A stretch of 64,000 nt of DNA from Myxococcota bacterium (GCA_036337435.1 JAYZEG010000041.1:32001-96000); one strand, 5' to 3'. Counted from the stretch's first letter, positions 1 to 9,567 are shown. Program-made: numbers and translations. Notes: generated from the sequence alone by a model not told the origin.

Positions 1-118
1 TCGCACCATCGTCATGACGACGGTAAATGAGCCGCTGGCCACTTTTTTTTGTGAGATCCAGTCCACAGGGCGCGTCCCTTTACGTGACTCGTATATGACC
101 CTGACTGGAGGACTTATC

Positions 119-520
119 ATGAACACATTACGCGTATTCCTGATGGCCAGTTTTTTGGTGTCTGGTGTTGCGTCGGCGGCCCCAAACCCAAGGACGGCTC
201 CCGTGACTGTTGCTCATACAGCGGCCTCCCAAGACCAAATGCAAGGGATTTGGTACTCCCTCAATGTTGCTGATGACGACGAAGAACGGGTTCGTGTCAT
301 CGCATCGGTCGCACGGCAATATTACTTCTCGCCCATTCAGGCGGAGGCCTTGATTCAGGTGGTCTTTGATGGCGAGGCTCGGGCAGAACTGGTTCATTTA
401 TATGCAGGCCGTCTGACAAAGGTCAGCGGCGTGAAACGGTTAATGACGCTGGTTCCCGAAGGCCGCGTGCGCGACAATCTAGCAAGCCGTTTGGCGGGTC
501 GTTCTTCGGGTGCTCTTTGA
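119..520 (+). CDS. Secreted protein, DUF4476-like domain
   Basis: GGAGGA RBS before ATG 119; signal peptide ending ASA-A; helical C-terminal pattern (DEERVRVI..YYFSPIQAEALI..ARAELV) resembles DUF4476. Confidence 0.55.
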   Translation: MNTLRVFLMASFLVSGVASAAPNPRTAPVTVAHTAASQDQMQGIWYSLNVADDDEERVRVIASVARQYYFSPIQAEALIQVVFDGEARAELVHLYAGRLTKVSGVKRLMTLVPEGRVRDNLASRLAGRSSGAL

Positions 521-531
521 ACGCGATTTGA

Positions 532-1632
532 TCACTCGTCAGCGGCCAATTGTTTGGTCTCAGCAGCGATGTTGCCTTTCCACATATTATCGCGGTTGGC
601 CCGGCCTGCATTGGCGCGTTTGGCTGCGCGCTGTCGATCCACCAAATCTGCATGGGTGGTAAAATAGGGCAAAGAATGCCCGATGCAGTCTGCGACGCTT
701 GAAAACTCATGTTTGTCGAGGAAATCAGACAGGCCCGTACAAAGTTCTTCGATGAGTTCATAACCCCTCAGCATCGCACCCGTACAAACCTGGACGGTAC
801 TTGACCCAAGCAAGATGAACTCGGCTGCATCGGCAGCGGTTTCAACGCCGCCCATACCGCTGACAGGGACATCGGGAAACATGCGTGCAAGTTCCATTAC
901 GTGACGCAATGCGATGGGTTTGACGGCCTGTCCAGAATACCCACCCGGAACCGTATAGCCCTCGACCGTGGGCATGGGGCGCAGCGTTTTTAAGTTAATA
1001 CCGCACACACTCAAAATCGTGTTGATCGCTGATATGCCATGAGCACCAGCATCGATTGCCGATTTTGCGGGTACGGTGATGTTGGTGATGTTTGGGGTCA
1101 TTTTTGCCCAGACGGGAATCTTGGAGACCTCCATACACCAGCTGGTTACTTCGCCCACAATGTCAGGGTTCTCGCCCATGGCCATACCCATCTTCCGCTC
1201 GGGTAAACCGTGGGGACAGGAGAAGTTCAGCTCGAAGGCATCGACTCCAGTTTCCTGAGTACGCTCTATGATCTCGCACCAGGCGTCTTTATTGTATTCT
1301 TCCATGACCGAGGCGATCAGGATTTTGTCAGGGTGTTTTTGTTTGCACGATGCCAGGTCATCTAACCAGGCCTCGAACGGTCGGTCGGAAATCAGCTCGA
1401 TATTCTCGAAACCGATGACGGTTTTGTCTGTCCGACTTTTTAGACGTGCATAGCGGGGCACCGTGTTGTGGACCTTGCTGTTATCGAGGCTTACTGTTTT
1501 GCAGACAATACCGCCCCAACCCAGGTCAAATGACCGATTGATCACCTTTGCATTTGTACCCGGAGGCCCCGAGCCGAGAACGAATGGATTGGGGAATTTC
1601 ATCCCGTTTACTTCTACACTTATGTCCGCCAT
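532..1632 (-). CDS. preA: Dihydropyrimidine dehydrogenase FMN subunit (PreA / plant PYD1 type)
   Basis: NPFVLGSGPPGTN, NIELISDRP, ELNFSCPHG, WAKMTPN, AINT and VQVCTG motifs; start moved to MADISV (1632). Confidence 0.92.
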   Translation of the reverse strand: MADISVEVNGMKFPNPFVLGSGPPGTNAKVINRSFDLGWGGIVCKTVSLDNSKVHNTVPRYARLKSRTDKTVIGFENIELISDRPFEAWLDDLASCKQKHPDKILIASVMEEYNKDAWCEIIERTQETGVDAFELNFSCPHGLPERKMGMAMGENPDIVGEVTSWCMEVSKIPVWAKMTPNITNITVPAKSAIDAGAHGISAINTILSVCGINLKTLRPMPTVEGYTVPGGYSGQAVKPIALRHVMELARMFPDVPVSGMGGVETAADAAEFILLGSSTVQVCTGAMLRGYELIEELCTGLSDFLDKHEFSSVADCIGHSLPYFTTHADLVDRQRAAKRANAGRANRDNMWKGNIAAETKQLAADE

Positions 1633-2013
1633 TTCTTCCCCCTCAATGAACCGGTGATAGACTTTCACTATCTCGGCGACTGGCCATTTAAGTTCCCCAA
1701 ATACGCCGCAGCCACTTGGCCCCGTGGTACGGTCGTCTCCCGTCTTGTGGATACGTCACCTTACAATGAATGGACGCATCTGCAAATTGTCCATCGGCCT
1801 TGCCTTATGTTTTATCTAGCTCACGTGTTTACGAGAGCCTACGTTTAGTCGTTCAGACAGAGCCCAAGGCGCGTCTCATCAGCGACCGAGAGCTTCATTT
1901 ATCTCCGCCAGGCAGTTCGCTTTTTGAAGCTGGTTTTGATGATTTTGCGTCGGGTTTCTTGAGTAATCGTCGCTATCTCCGCTATGAATGTATCCTTGGA
2001 GAGGGAGAACTCT

Positions 2014-5000
2014 ATGACCTACGCCACGACACGATACGCAAGTTTAGCCCTTCTGTTTTTTCTGTCGGCCGGATGCGGGGATGACAAAGCAGCACCCGTG
2101 CGCATCCACGACGGGGGCACATCGAGAGATCTTGCGCTGGGCAGCGGTGGCTTCGGTGGCATGGCAACGCAGCCAATGACTGACCTGGGCTTGATCAACC
2201 CATCGGACGCGGGACCGGTTATCGACCGGGGCGGCACAGGTGGCGCAGCAGGAGCTGGCGGCGCAGGGGGGACCGGCGGGGCTGGTGGTACGGCCGGCAC
2301 GTCCATAATCGACGGTGGGCCCTCGGGACCCCAGTGCGGAGACGGTCGAGTCGACATCGGAGAGGATTGTGATGATGGCAATGTTCTCGATGGAGATGGC
2401 TGTAGTTCCATCTGCCAGCGAGAACCGGCGTGTGGTGATGGCGTCGTTGACCTTGGGGAAGCGTGTGACGATGGCAATGTCATCGATGGAGATGGCTGCA
2501 GCGCCAACTGTGCTCTAGAACCCCGATGTGGGGACGGTGTTCGAACGGCTGGAGAGCAATGCGATGACGGAAACAACCTTGATGGTGATGGCTGTTCATC
2601 CACGTGTCGTGATGAACCTGCTCCACGGTGTGGCAATGGGATCGTTGAGGCAGGAGAGGCGTGTGATGACGGCAACAATTTGAATCAAGACGGCTGCTCC
2701 TCTAATTGCCAAAACGAAGCACCTGCCGTATGCGGAGATGGCATCCAAACCAATGATGAAGCCTGTGATGATGGCAACAATCTCAATGGTGATGGGTGCT
2801 CAGCGCAGTGCGAAATTGAAGCGGAGGAACCTCGGTGTGGAAATGGTGTCCAGGATCCCGATGAAGCATGCGATGATGGAAACAATATCGACGGTGACGG
2901 TTGCTCTGCGAACTGTGCGAGAGAGGGGGGCCAAGTCATACTCGACGATGGACAGCTCGGTTGTGTCGCCATTTCTCAGTGTCTCGTCGCCTGCCCAGAT
3001 GGAGACCAAAATTGCAGTAATGCGTGCATCGCGACAGGCACACTCATAGGCCAAATCCGATTTAACGAACTTCGTCAGTGTATCGTTGAGAACGAATGCG
3101 TCGTCGGTAATGAGGTGGATGCTGACTGCATAGAGGCCAATTGTGCACAAGAGGAGGAGGCGTGCTTTGGCGCATCGGTCGATCCTGTTGGGATGGCGTC
3201 TTGTACCGAACTCATCGAGTGCGTCGAGAGATGTGACGGCCTCAATTGCATTCGTCAATGTATTCGGACTGGCAGTGAGATGGGCTATGAGTTGGCCTAT
3301 GCCCTTGACGAATGTGTTTTTGATATCAATCAGTGTGATTCCAGACAGAGCGACTGCGCTCTCGACAATTGTGGGGCTGAACTGACGGCGTGTTTTGGAC
3401 AAGCTGTCTGCGGGAATGGTCGGCGTGAACTTGGAGAAGAATGTGACGATGGAGATCGAATAGACGGCAATGTATGCAGCAATCTTTGCCAGGTCAATCC
3501 GTTCTGCGGTGATGGTAATCGCGACGCTCAAGAAGGCTGCGATGATGGCAATCGCTTAGACAGCGATGGCTGTTCATCCCTCTGTGTTGTAGAGCCGATT
3601 GTGGACTTGGAACAAGGCCAAATCGACTGCCGGACCCTAAATACCTGTTTGGGTAACTGTGACAATGGCGATGATGTATGCATAGACGCGTGTGTCGCGG
3701 ACGCGTCATTGCTGGGTGCGACTCGGTTCTCGGCACTCACGGATTGTGTGGTCCAAAATCAATGTAATGAGGCTGCTGACATCGATGACGATTGCCTCAA
3801 TGAAAATTGTCGTGACGAATATTTAGCCTGTTTTGGAGCTCAGATTTATCCGCGTGGTCAATCGACGTGTGAAGACCTGGTTGCCTGCGCAGACCGATGT
3901 GCAGATACCAACTGTGTACGGCGCTGCATTGGAAATTCGACGGAGCGAGCCTTCGAGGTGGCAGTTGCGCTCGATGAGTGTGTGTTTGATGAAAATAACT
4001 GTCCGAATCGGGTCGGTGATTGCGCCCAGGCCAATTGCGCGGTCGAGCGTTTGGCCTGCTTTGGTGTTGAACAACCAGCCTGTGGTGATGGCCGGGTCGA
4101 TGCGGGCGAAGCGTGCGATGATGGTAATCGCCTGGCGGGAGACGGCTGTTCGCCTGATTGCCAGATTGAAAATCAAGTTTGTCGCGATGACTTGTTTGAA
4201 GATAACGATAGGTCGGCTCAAGCGTTTCCGGTGGCCCCGGCCGAATACCGCGGACTGCAGCTCTGCGCCAGCGATGATGATTGGTATCGGATGGACGTCT
4301 GTGCGGGCGGAACGTTGACAGTCGAGCTCTCGTTTATCCATCGGCAAGGGGACCTTGACCTGGAGCTGTTCGAATCCGATGCAGGCCTTAATTCGCTGGA
4401 TAGTTCGTCCACCCTAAACGACGGGGAAGATGTTGCCTGGACCAACAATTCTGGTGACGCTGTTGGTATTTTCATCCATGTGGATGGATTTTTGGATGCA
4501 GAAAACACCTACGACATGACCATTACCGTGGCCGATTGCGGAGGCGGTGGCAATGGGGCCGATAATAACGCTGTCAATGGCGATGTGCGCTTGGCTGATG
4601 GTGCCAATGAGTCGACCGGACGCGTTGAGGTGTTCCTTGATGGTGAATGGGGCACGGTTTGCGACGACAGCTTTGACCTCGTCGATGCCCGAGTCGTTTG
4701 CCGACAGTTGGGCTATGACGATGCGGGAGGCGTCATTTCCAACTTTGGTGGCGGTGCTGGACCCATTCACCTCGATGATGTCAGCTGTGTGGGCAATGAG
4801 CAGCGTCTCGTCGACTGTCGTTCCCTAGGTGTTGGTGTCCATAATTGCGGCCATTTCGAAGATGTCGGTGTTGAGTGCCGCGACTTTGGAGACAACGATG
4901 TTGGCAATATGGATTGTCGAGATGATCAATTTGAAGAAAATGATGCTCTCGATGCGGCCTTTCCTATTTTTGCAGGTGCTTTTGACAACCTGATGCTCTG

Positions 5001-5274
5001 TTCCCAGGACGCCGACTTCTATGCTGTCAGCGTGTGTCCCGAGGGAACGGTTCGAGCCCTCATCGATTTTAATGGACTCACCGGCGATCTCGAACTTGAA
5101 TTGCTCGGAGATAACGGTGCCAGTTTAGATATTTCAGAATCTATTGGGGACCAAGAGCAGGTTGAGTGGACCAATATCTCAGGTGCCAATGCGGTGAGTT
5201 ATATTCATGTCTATGGCTTTCAAAATGATGAAGCCAGCTACGGATTGAGGGTTGATGTACAAGGCTGCTTTTGA
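2014..5274 (+). CDS. Large Cys-rich lipoprotein: 9 Myxococcus Cys-rich (DUF4215-like) repeats, 4 helical Cys-rich units, 2 PPC-like domains and 1 SRCR domain
   Basis: Lipobox LSAG-C; CGDG..GE.CDDGN..DGDGCS..C repeats; D.FE.ND..D.D.Y PPC-like modules; SRCR motif GRVEV..GEWGTVCDD..VVCRQLG. Confidence 0.88.
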   Translation: MTYATTRYASLALLFFLSAGCGDDKAAPVRIHDGGTSRDLALGSGGFGGMATQPMTDLGLINPSDAGPVIDRGGTGGAAGAGGAGGTGGAGGTAGTSIIDGGPSGPQCGDGRVDIGEDCDDGNVLDGDGCSSICQREPACGDGVVDLGEACDDGNVIDGDGCSANCALEPRCGDGVRTAGEQCDDGNNLDGDGCSSTCRDEPAPRCGNGIVEAGEACDDGNNLNQDGCSSNCQNEAPAVCGDGIQTNDEACDDGNNLNGDGCSAQCEIEAEEPRCGNGVQDPDEACDDGNNIDGDGCSANCAREGGQVILDDGQLGCVAISQCLVACPDGDQNCSNACIATGTLIGQIRFNELRQCIVENECVVGNEVDADCIEANCAQEEEACFGASVDPVGMASCTELIECVERCDGLNCIRQCIRTGSEMGYELAYALDECVFDINQCDSRQSDCALDNCGAELTACFGQAVCGNGRRELGEECDDGDRIDGNVCSNLCQVNPFCGDGNRDAQEGCDDGNRLDSDGCSSLCVVEPIVDLEQGQIDCRTLNTCLGNCDNGDDVCIDACVADASLLGATRFSALTDCVVQNQCNEAADIDDDCLNENCRDEYLACFGAQIYPRGQSTCEDLVACADRCADTNCVRRCIGNSTERAFEVAVALDECVFDENNCPNRVGDCAQANCAVERLACFGVEQPACGDGRVDAGEACDDGNRLAGDGCSPDCQIENQVCRDDLFEDNDRSAQAFPVAPAEYRGLQLCASDDDWYRMDVCAGGTLTVELSFIHRQGDLDLELFESDAGLNSLDSSSTLNDGEDVAWTNNSGDAVGIFIHVDGFLDAENTYDMTITVADCGGGGNGADNNAVNGDVRLADGANESTGRVEVFLDGEWGTVCDDSFDLVDARVVCRQLGYDDAGGVISNFGGGAGPIHLDDVSCVGNEQRLVDCRSLGVGVHNCGHFEDVGVECRDFGDNDVGNMDCRDDQFEENDALDAAFPIFAGAFDNLMLCSQDADFYAVSVCPEGTVRALIDFNGLTGDLELELLGDNGASLDISESIGDQEQVEWTNISGANAVSYIHVYGFQNDEASYGLRVDVQGCF
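2335..2925 (+). repeat. Six tandem coding Myxococcus Cys-rich repeats (about 33-35 aa each)
   Basis: CG[DN]G...CDDGN...DGCS..C..E occurs six times here; three more copies lie near 3409-3591 and 4081-4170. Confidence 0.9.
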
Positions 5275-5374
5275 CCGTTTGCGAGCATCAATTATCCATG
5301 GCTTAATCTCGGGCCTGGACGTTGACTATCGTGCCGAGTACACTCCATCTAATACTTGCATTGAGGATGTCTAG

Positions 5375-6136
5375 ATGACGCGCGGTCTCGTTTTTTTGAG
5401 TCTCTTACTATTCAGCCCAATTCTCATGGCCCAAGGGGGTTCAGCCCCAATCCTGGCCCCTGAGCCAAGCGTATTGCTCGCTCAAATCGACGACTCTGAT
5501 CTCAAGGATGAAGAAAGTCTAAAGCAGCTCATGCAAATCGAGTACAACAAGGACGCTATGTCCATGGGGGCTGCCGTCGGTTCAAGTTTCATACCCGGAG
5601 CGGGTTGGGGGCTGATCTACGCGAAAAAAGACCTACAGGCGTCCGTACCATTTGCCATTTCGATCATCGGGTATGGGCTTGGGATTGCTTATATGGCCGG
5701 TGCCTTTAACACATCATCGACGGCCATTTGTACCCACGAGCGAGATGGTCGGGTGAACGATGCTGAATGCACATATGCGGAGATTCCGCGCGATCCGAAT
5801 GCAGGAAACCGAACCGATAAGAATACACCCGATCCACGGTCTGAAGACGGCATGCAGCCTTATTTTCGAACAGCAGCCGACTATTCTACATCGGTGGTCG
5901 GTAAAGACTTTAATGGATTCGATACCGGCATCATCGTTTTGGTAAGCACCTATGTCCTGACCACCGCACTGGGGGCCGTGTGGGCCGGTTCGACTGTGTC
6001 TAAGCATAACGAGCAGTTGCGCAAAGACATCGAATCAACAGCTCAGCGCCGAACTCCAAGGTCCAATGTCAGTGCCAGGCCCATTGTTCAGGTCGACCAT
6101 CAGGGTGGTCTATTCGGCTTCAGTTTAAGCTTCTGA
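5375..6136 (+). CDS. Exported/membrane hypothetical protein
   Basis: GAGG RBS; signal peptide; Gly-rich hydrophobic segments; ends in an amphipathic beta-like GLFGFSLSF. Confidence 0.7.
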   Translation: MTRGLVFLSLLLFSPILMAQGGSAPILAPEPSVLLAQIDDSDLKDEESLKQLMQIEYNKDAMSMGAAVGSSFIPGAGWGLIYAKKDLQASVPFAISIIGYGLGIAYMAGAFNTSSTAICTHERDGRVNDAECTYAEIPRDPNAGNRTDKNTPDPRSEDGMQPYFRTAADYSTSVVGKDFNGFDTGIIVLVSTYVLTTALGAVWAGSTVSKHNEQLRKDIESTAQRRTPRSNVSARPIVQVDHQGGLFGFSLSF

Positions 6137-6256
6137 AAAACGACGTGCCACATGTATGTTTTCTTGCCCAAATACTCGGGCCGATGCGAAGCGGGATTGT
6201 GATCGTAACCCATTGCGGTTAGGTTGCGTCGTTCAGACTATTTGGAGAGAGGTCCT

Positions 6257-6811
6257 ATGCAGCGCTATCGGCTGTTGATTATTGGGTCAACGATCACGAT
6301 CATCCTCGATCAGATTACCAAGATTTGGGCCGTACGGGCGTTGTCGCGTTTAAACGGGACGTTGCCGGAGACAGCACGTGAAATTCGGACTCAGGTCTAT
6401 GTTGTTTTTGAATCCTGGTTCAATTTTCGTCTGACTGGAAACAAGGGCGCGGCATGGGGTATTTTTGGTGGTTTACCCGACGGTTGGAGGGTGCCGTTTT
6501 TCGTTGTCATCGGTGTCGTCGCGATCGCTGTCATAATTGGAATTTATCGGTCATCTGATGGCCAAAACCTGGTTCGCTGGGCGCTCACTTTAGTTTTGGG
6601 TGGTGCCATCGGCAATTTGATCGATCGCGTTCGCCTAGGCTATGTGATCGATTTCATCGATTGGCACTACAAGACACACCATTGGCCGACATTCAACATT
6701 GCTGATGTCGCCATATCGGTCGGTGTTGGACTCCTGATTCTTGATATGATCGTCAATCGCGATCGTGACGCTGAATCAGATTCAGTCGACGAATCAATCA
6801 AATCGATTTAG
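6257..6811 (+). CDS. lspA: Lipoprotein signal peptidase II
   Basis: DQITK, NKGAAWG, GAIGNLIDR, VIDFI and FNIADVAI motifs. Confidence 0.96.
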   Translation: MQRYRLLIIGSTITIILDQITKIWAVRALSRLNGTLPETAREIRTQVYVVFESWFNFRLTGNKGAAWGIFGGLPDGWRVPFFVVIGVVAIAVIIGIYRSSDGQNLVRWALTLVLGGAIGNLIDRVRLGYVIDFIDWHYKTHHWPTFNIADVAISVGVGLLILDMIVNRDRDAESDSVDESIKSI

Positions 6812-6839
6812 CTCACCGGGTGACTTAGAAAGCCTGCTC

Positions 6840-7802
6840 ATGCATCCAGTACTTTTCGAAATCTTTGGCGAGCCCGTGCATTTATATGCGGTCATGATCG
6901 CTGTTGGATTTGTCGTTGGGATTTGGCTTGCCGTTCGACACGGTGAACAGACCGGTTACGACAGAGATATGATTTTGGATTTATGCTGGTGGCTTCTCGT
7001 CAGCGGCTTGGTCGGGTCTCGAATCGTGTTCATGATGGTCAATTGGGAGCAGTACTACTATCCCTGTGTTGATTACGAACACTTCAATACCCTTTATCCG
7101 CAGTACGCAATCACCGAGCCAGACTGTACTCGTCTACTTAAATTCTGGAATGGTGGACTGGTTTTTTACGGCGGTGTCATCGGGGCCATGTTGACTATGG
7201 TTTGGTTTCTACGCCGAGAAGGACTCAAAATTTTACCCATCGCGGATGTTTTGATTCCCTCGCTCGCCATCGGACAATTTTTTGGCCGATTGGGCTGTCT
7301 CGCGGCGGGTTGCTGTTGGGGCAAATTGAGTGGTGGAGCCTGGACGCTGGAATATCCGGCCGGAACGATGGTGTATGCGCAGCATGGAAAAGCAGGCCTA
7401 CTGGAGTACGGTGCATCACATTCATTGCCTGTCCATCCGACCCAGCTCTACGACAGCTTGGCTGGTCTTCTGCTCTTTTGCATCCTCATCTACGTGCGTC
7501 ACAACAAACGCTTCCACGGACAGGTTTTCATTTGGTGGATGTTTGTCTACCCGCTCTTTCGCTCAACCGTCGAGATTTTTCGTGGCGATAACGTCGAGAG
7601 AGGTTTTCTCATTGACATCACCATTGAACCGCTGAACCGACTGCTTGGTTTCGAGCCTGGTTCCGTCACTTTTCTGTCCACCTCGCAATTCATTAGTTTA
7701 GGCATGATGACAACGGCAGCCATCATCCTATTTCGAAACCGTCGAAAGCCTGGAAGCGGCTTGCCGTCCGTTGACGACTTAAGGTCGACATCCAACTCAT
7801 GA
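6840..7802 (+). CDS. lgt: Prolipoprotein diacylglyceryl transferase
   Basis: MHPVLF start, GGLVFYGG, GRLGC, HPTQLY, EIFRGD and SQ motifs; follows lspA. Confidence 0.95.
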   Translation: MHPVLFEIFGEPVHLYAVMIAVGFVVGIWLAVRHGEQTGYDRDMILDLCWWLLVSGLVGSRIVFMMVNWEQYYYPCVDYEHFNTLYPQYAITEPDCTRLLKFWNGGLVFYGGVIGAMLTMVWFLRREGLKILPIADVLIPSLAIGQFFGRLGCLAAGCCWGKLSGGAWTLEYPAGTMVYAQHGKAGLLEYGASHSLPVHPTQLYDSLAGLLLFCILIYVRHNKRFHGQVFIWWMFVYPLFRSTVEIFRGDNVERGFLIDITIEPLNRLLGFEPGSVTFLSTSQFISLGMMTTAAIILFRNRRKPGSGLPSVDDLRSTSNS

Positions 7803-8524
7803 GGCGTCTACCGCACTGTAGCCTGTGGATTGGGCTGCTCTGCTTCTTGCCGTTAAGCAGCGGTGACGTCTATGGGAAACCCCTTAAGTCTCCCCTGGAA
7901 TATATCGAGTTCTATACCGGGCCCAGCGACTCTGGTCGACGTGTCTCTGTGATTGCATTTCATGGGCTTGGCGATTCCCCAAGAAACTTTTCAATGGGTT
8001 TTCGGGCATCAAAGTTACCCGTCCACTGGATCATACCGAGGGCACCTCGAAGCTACGGTACTGGCTATAGCTGGTTTGACCTACCCCCTGATTTTCGTCG
8101 CCGGCGAGAAGCTATGGCACCCGGTTTAATGTCTGCGACACAGACCATCGAGCGGTTTATTGGTCATCTCAAGAAGAGTGGCAAAATCCGTGGCAAGCCC
8201 ATCATTATGGGTTTTTCCCAGGGCGGCATGCTCAGCTACACCCTTGCGTCAAAATACGAGCATTTGCTGAGGGGAGCCATTCCGATCGCCGGTTTCCTGC
8301 CATCAACTTTATTTCCTGATAAGCCGGTTAACATTCCAATTGTCGCGGTGCACGGAAAAGCGGACCGCGTGGTCCCCTATCATCTGGCGACAGCCACGGA
8401 ATCTGCTTTTTCAAAAACGGCGACCCGGTTTAAGCTTCATTCCTTTGAGGCGGTTGGACATCGGATTACAGTTGAAATGTGGCAGCTGATTGAAGAGAGC
8501 CTGTTGAGTATGTTGTCACCGTAG
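7799..8524 (+). CDS. Phospholipase/carboxylesterase (alpha/beta hydrolase)
   Basis: FHGLGD, GFSQGG nucleophile motif, HGKADRVVP, GH; ATGA overlap with lgt. Confidence 0.9.
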   Translation: MRRLPHCSLWIGLLCFLPLSSGDVYGKPLKSPLEYIEFYTGPSDSGRRVSVIAFHGLGDSPRNFSMGFRASKLPVHWIIPRAPRSYGTGYSWFDLPPDFRRRREAMAPGLMSATQTIERFIGHLKKSGKIRGKPIIMGFSQGGMLSYTLASKYEHLLRGAIPIAGFLPSTLFPDKPVNIPIVAVHGKADRVVPYHLATATESAFSKTATRFKLHSFEAVGHRITVEMWQLIEESLLSMLSP

Positions 8525-8544
8525 ACGAGGCGGAGATAGGCTTT

Positions 8545-8745
8545 TTAGTGTTGCGGTATACATCGCCAAAGTCGGTTGCCGTCGTGCTCTTGTAAGCAGA
8601 CGCCCAAGGGGCCTTTCGGTGTTCTACACCGCTGACCATGCCGACTGCATTCAGCCTCGCCATCAGCGATGGGAATGGCTTGTTTAGGCGAACCAGGACA
8701 GCCGAGCTGAAGCACGACAACAGCGAGAACGAGTAGATGCCTCAT
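8545..8745 (-). CDS. Small Cys-rich putative lipoprotein
   Basis: Hydrophobic leader ending LQLG-C; four further Cys; start abuts the SDR stop codon. Confidence 0.65.
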   Translation of the reverse strand: MRHLLVLAVVVLQLGCPGSPKQAIPIADGEAECSRHGQRCRTPKGPLGVCLQEHDGNRLWRCIPQH

Positions 8746-9567
8746 CTAGATGAAGAAATCGGGGGTCAGCGGTGTCCCAGGTACGACTGCATAGCTTTCA
8801 AAATCTGTGACACCGTGTTCCCTCAAAACGTCTTCGTCGATGAAATATTGGCCGGTCGCCTCGCTGGCATTTCGCGTGAGAATCGCGTGGGCCGCATCGG
8901 CCATAATCTCTGGTTTTCGACTCGACTTCATCATGTCGTCACCACCCAGTAGATTTTGAATCGCGGCTGTAGCGATGGTGGTTTTCGGCCACAGTGCGTT
9001 GACCCCGATGCCATCGCGTCGGAATTCTCCTGCCATGCCGAGAACACATAAACTCATGCCATACTTAGCCATGCTGTAGGCGAGATGGGGTGCAAACCAG
9101 CGCTCTTCAAAATTGAGCGGTGGGGATAGATTGAGGATATGCGGATTCTCTGCTTTCTTGAGATGAGGAATGCATGCACGAGACGTGAGATAGGTTCCAC
9201 GAACGTTGACTTGGTGCATAAGGTCAAACCGTTTCATGGGTGTTTGAGTCGTTCCGGCCAGGAAAATGGCACTGGCATTGTTAACGCAGATGTCGATTCC
9301 ACCAAAATGCGCAACAGCTTGGGCGACGGCAGCCTCCACATTGTCTTCGTGGCGCACATCCAAAACCAGCGGGAGGGCTTGGCCTCCAGCGGCTTCAATT
9401 TCTTCGGCAGCCGTGTAGATGGTTCCTGGTAGGCGAGGGTGAGGAGCCGCTGTTTTTGATGCCACGACAATGTTGGCGCCGTCCCGCGCCGCTCGGAGCG
9501 CGATGGCCTTGCCAATTCCACGACTCGCGCCAGTTACAAAGATGGTTTTTCCTGCAAGAGTTCCCAT
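8746..9567 (-). CDS. Short-chain dehydrogenase/reductase, HSDL2/AtuG-like
   Basis: TGASRGIG, NNASAI, YSMAK, NALWPKTTIATAA; AGGAG RBS. Confidence 0.92.
   Translation of the reverse strand: MGTLAGKTIFVTGASRGIGKAIALRAARDGANIVVASKTAAPHPRLPGTIYTAAEEIEAAGGQALPLVLDVRHEDNVEAAVAQAVAHFGGIDICVNNASAIFLAGTTQTPMKRFDLMHQVNVRGTYLTSRACIPHLKKAENPHILNLSPPLNFEERWFAPHLAYSMAKYGMSLCVLGMAGEFRRDGIGVNALWPKTTIATAAIQNLLGGDDMMKSSRKPEIMADAAHAILTRNASEATGQYFIDEDVLREHGVTDFESYAVVPGTPLTPDFFI

Noticed and set aside
1770..1794. ATGGAC-N13-GTCCAT inverted repeat upstream of preA as a RutR/PydR operator
   Set aside because: It does not match the TTGACC-N4-GGTCAA-type box, and I found no convincing copy upstream of the ureidopropionase gene
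2335..2925. Roughly 100-nt periodic repeats considered as a CRISPR array or DGR repeats
   Set aside because: They are in-frame protein repeats with synonymous divergence; there are no identical direct repeats, cas genes or reverse transcriptase in the window
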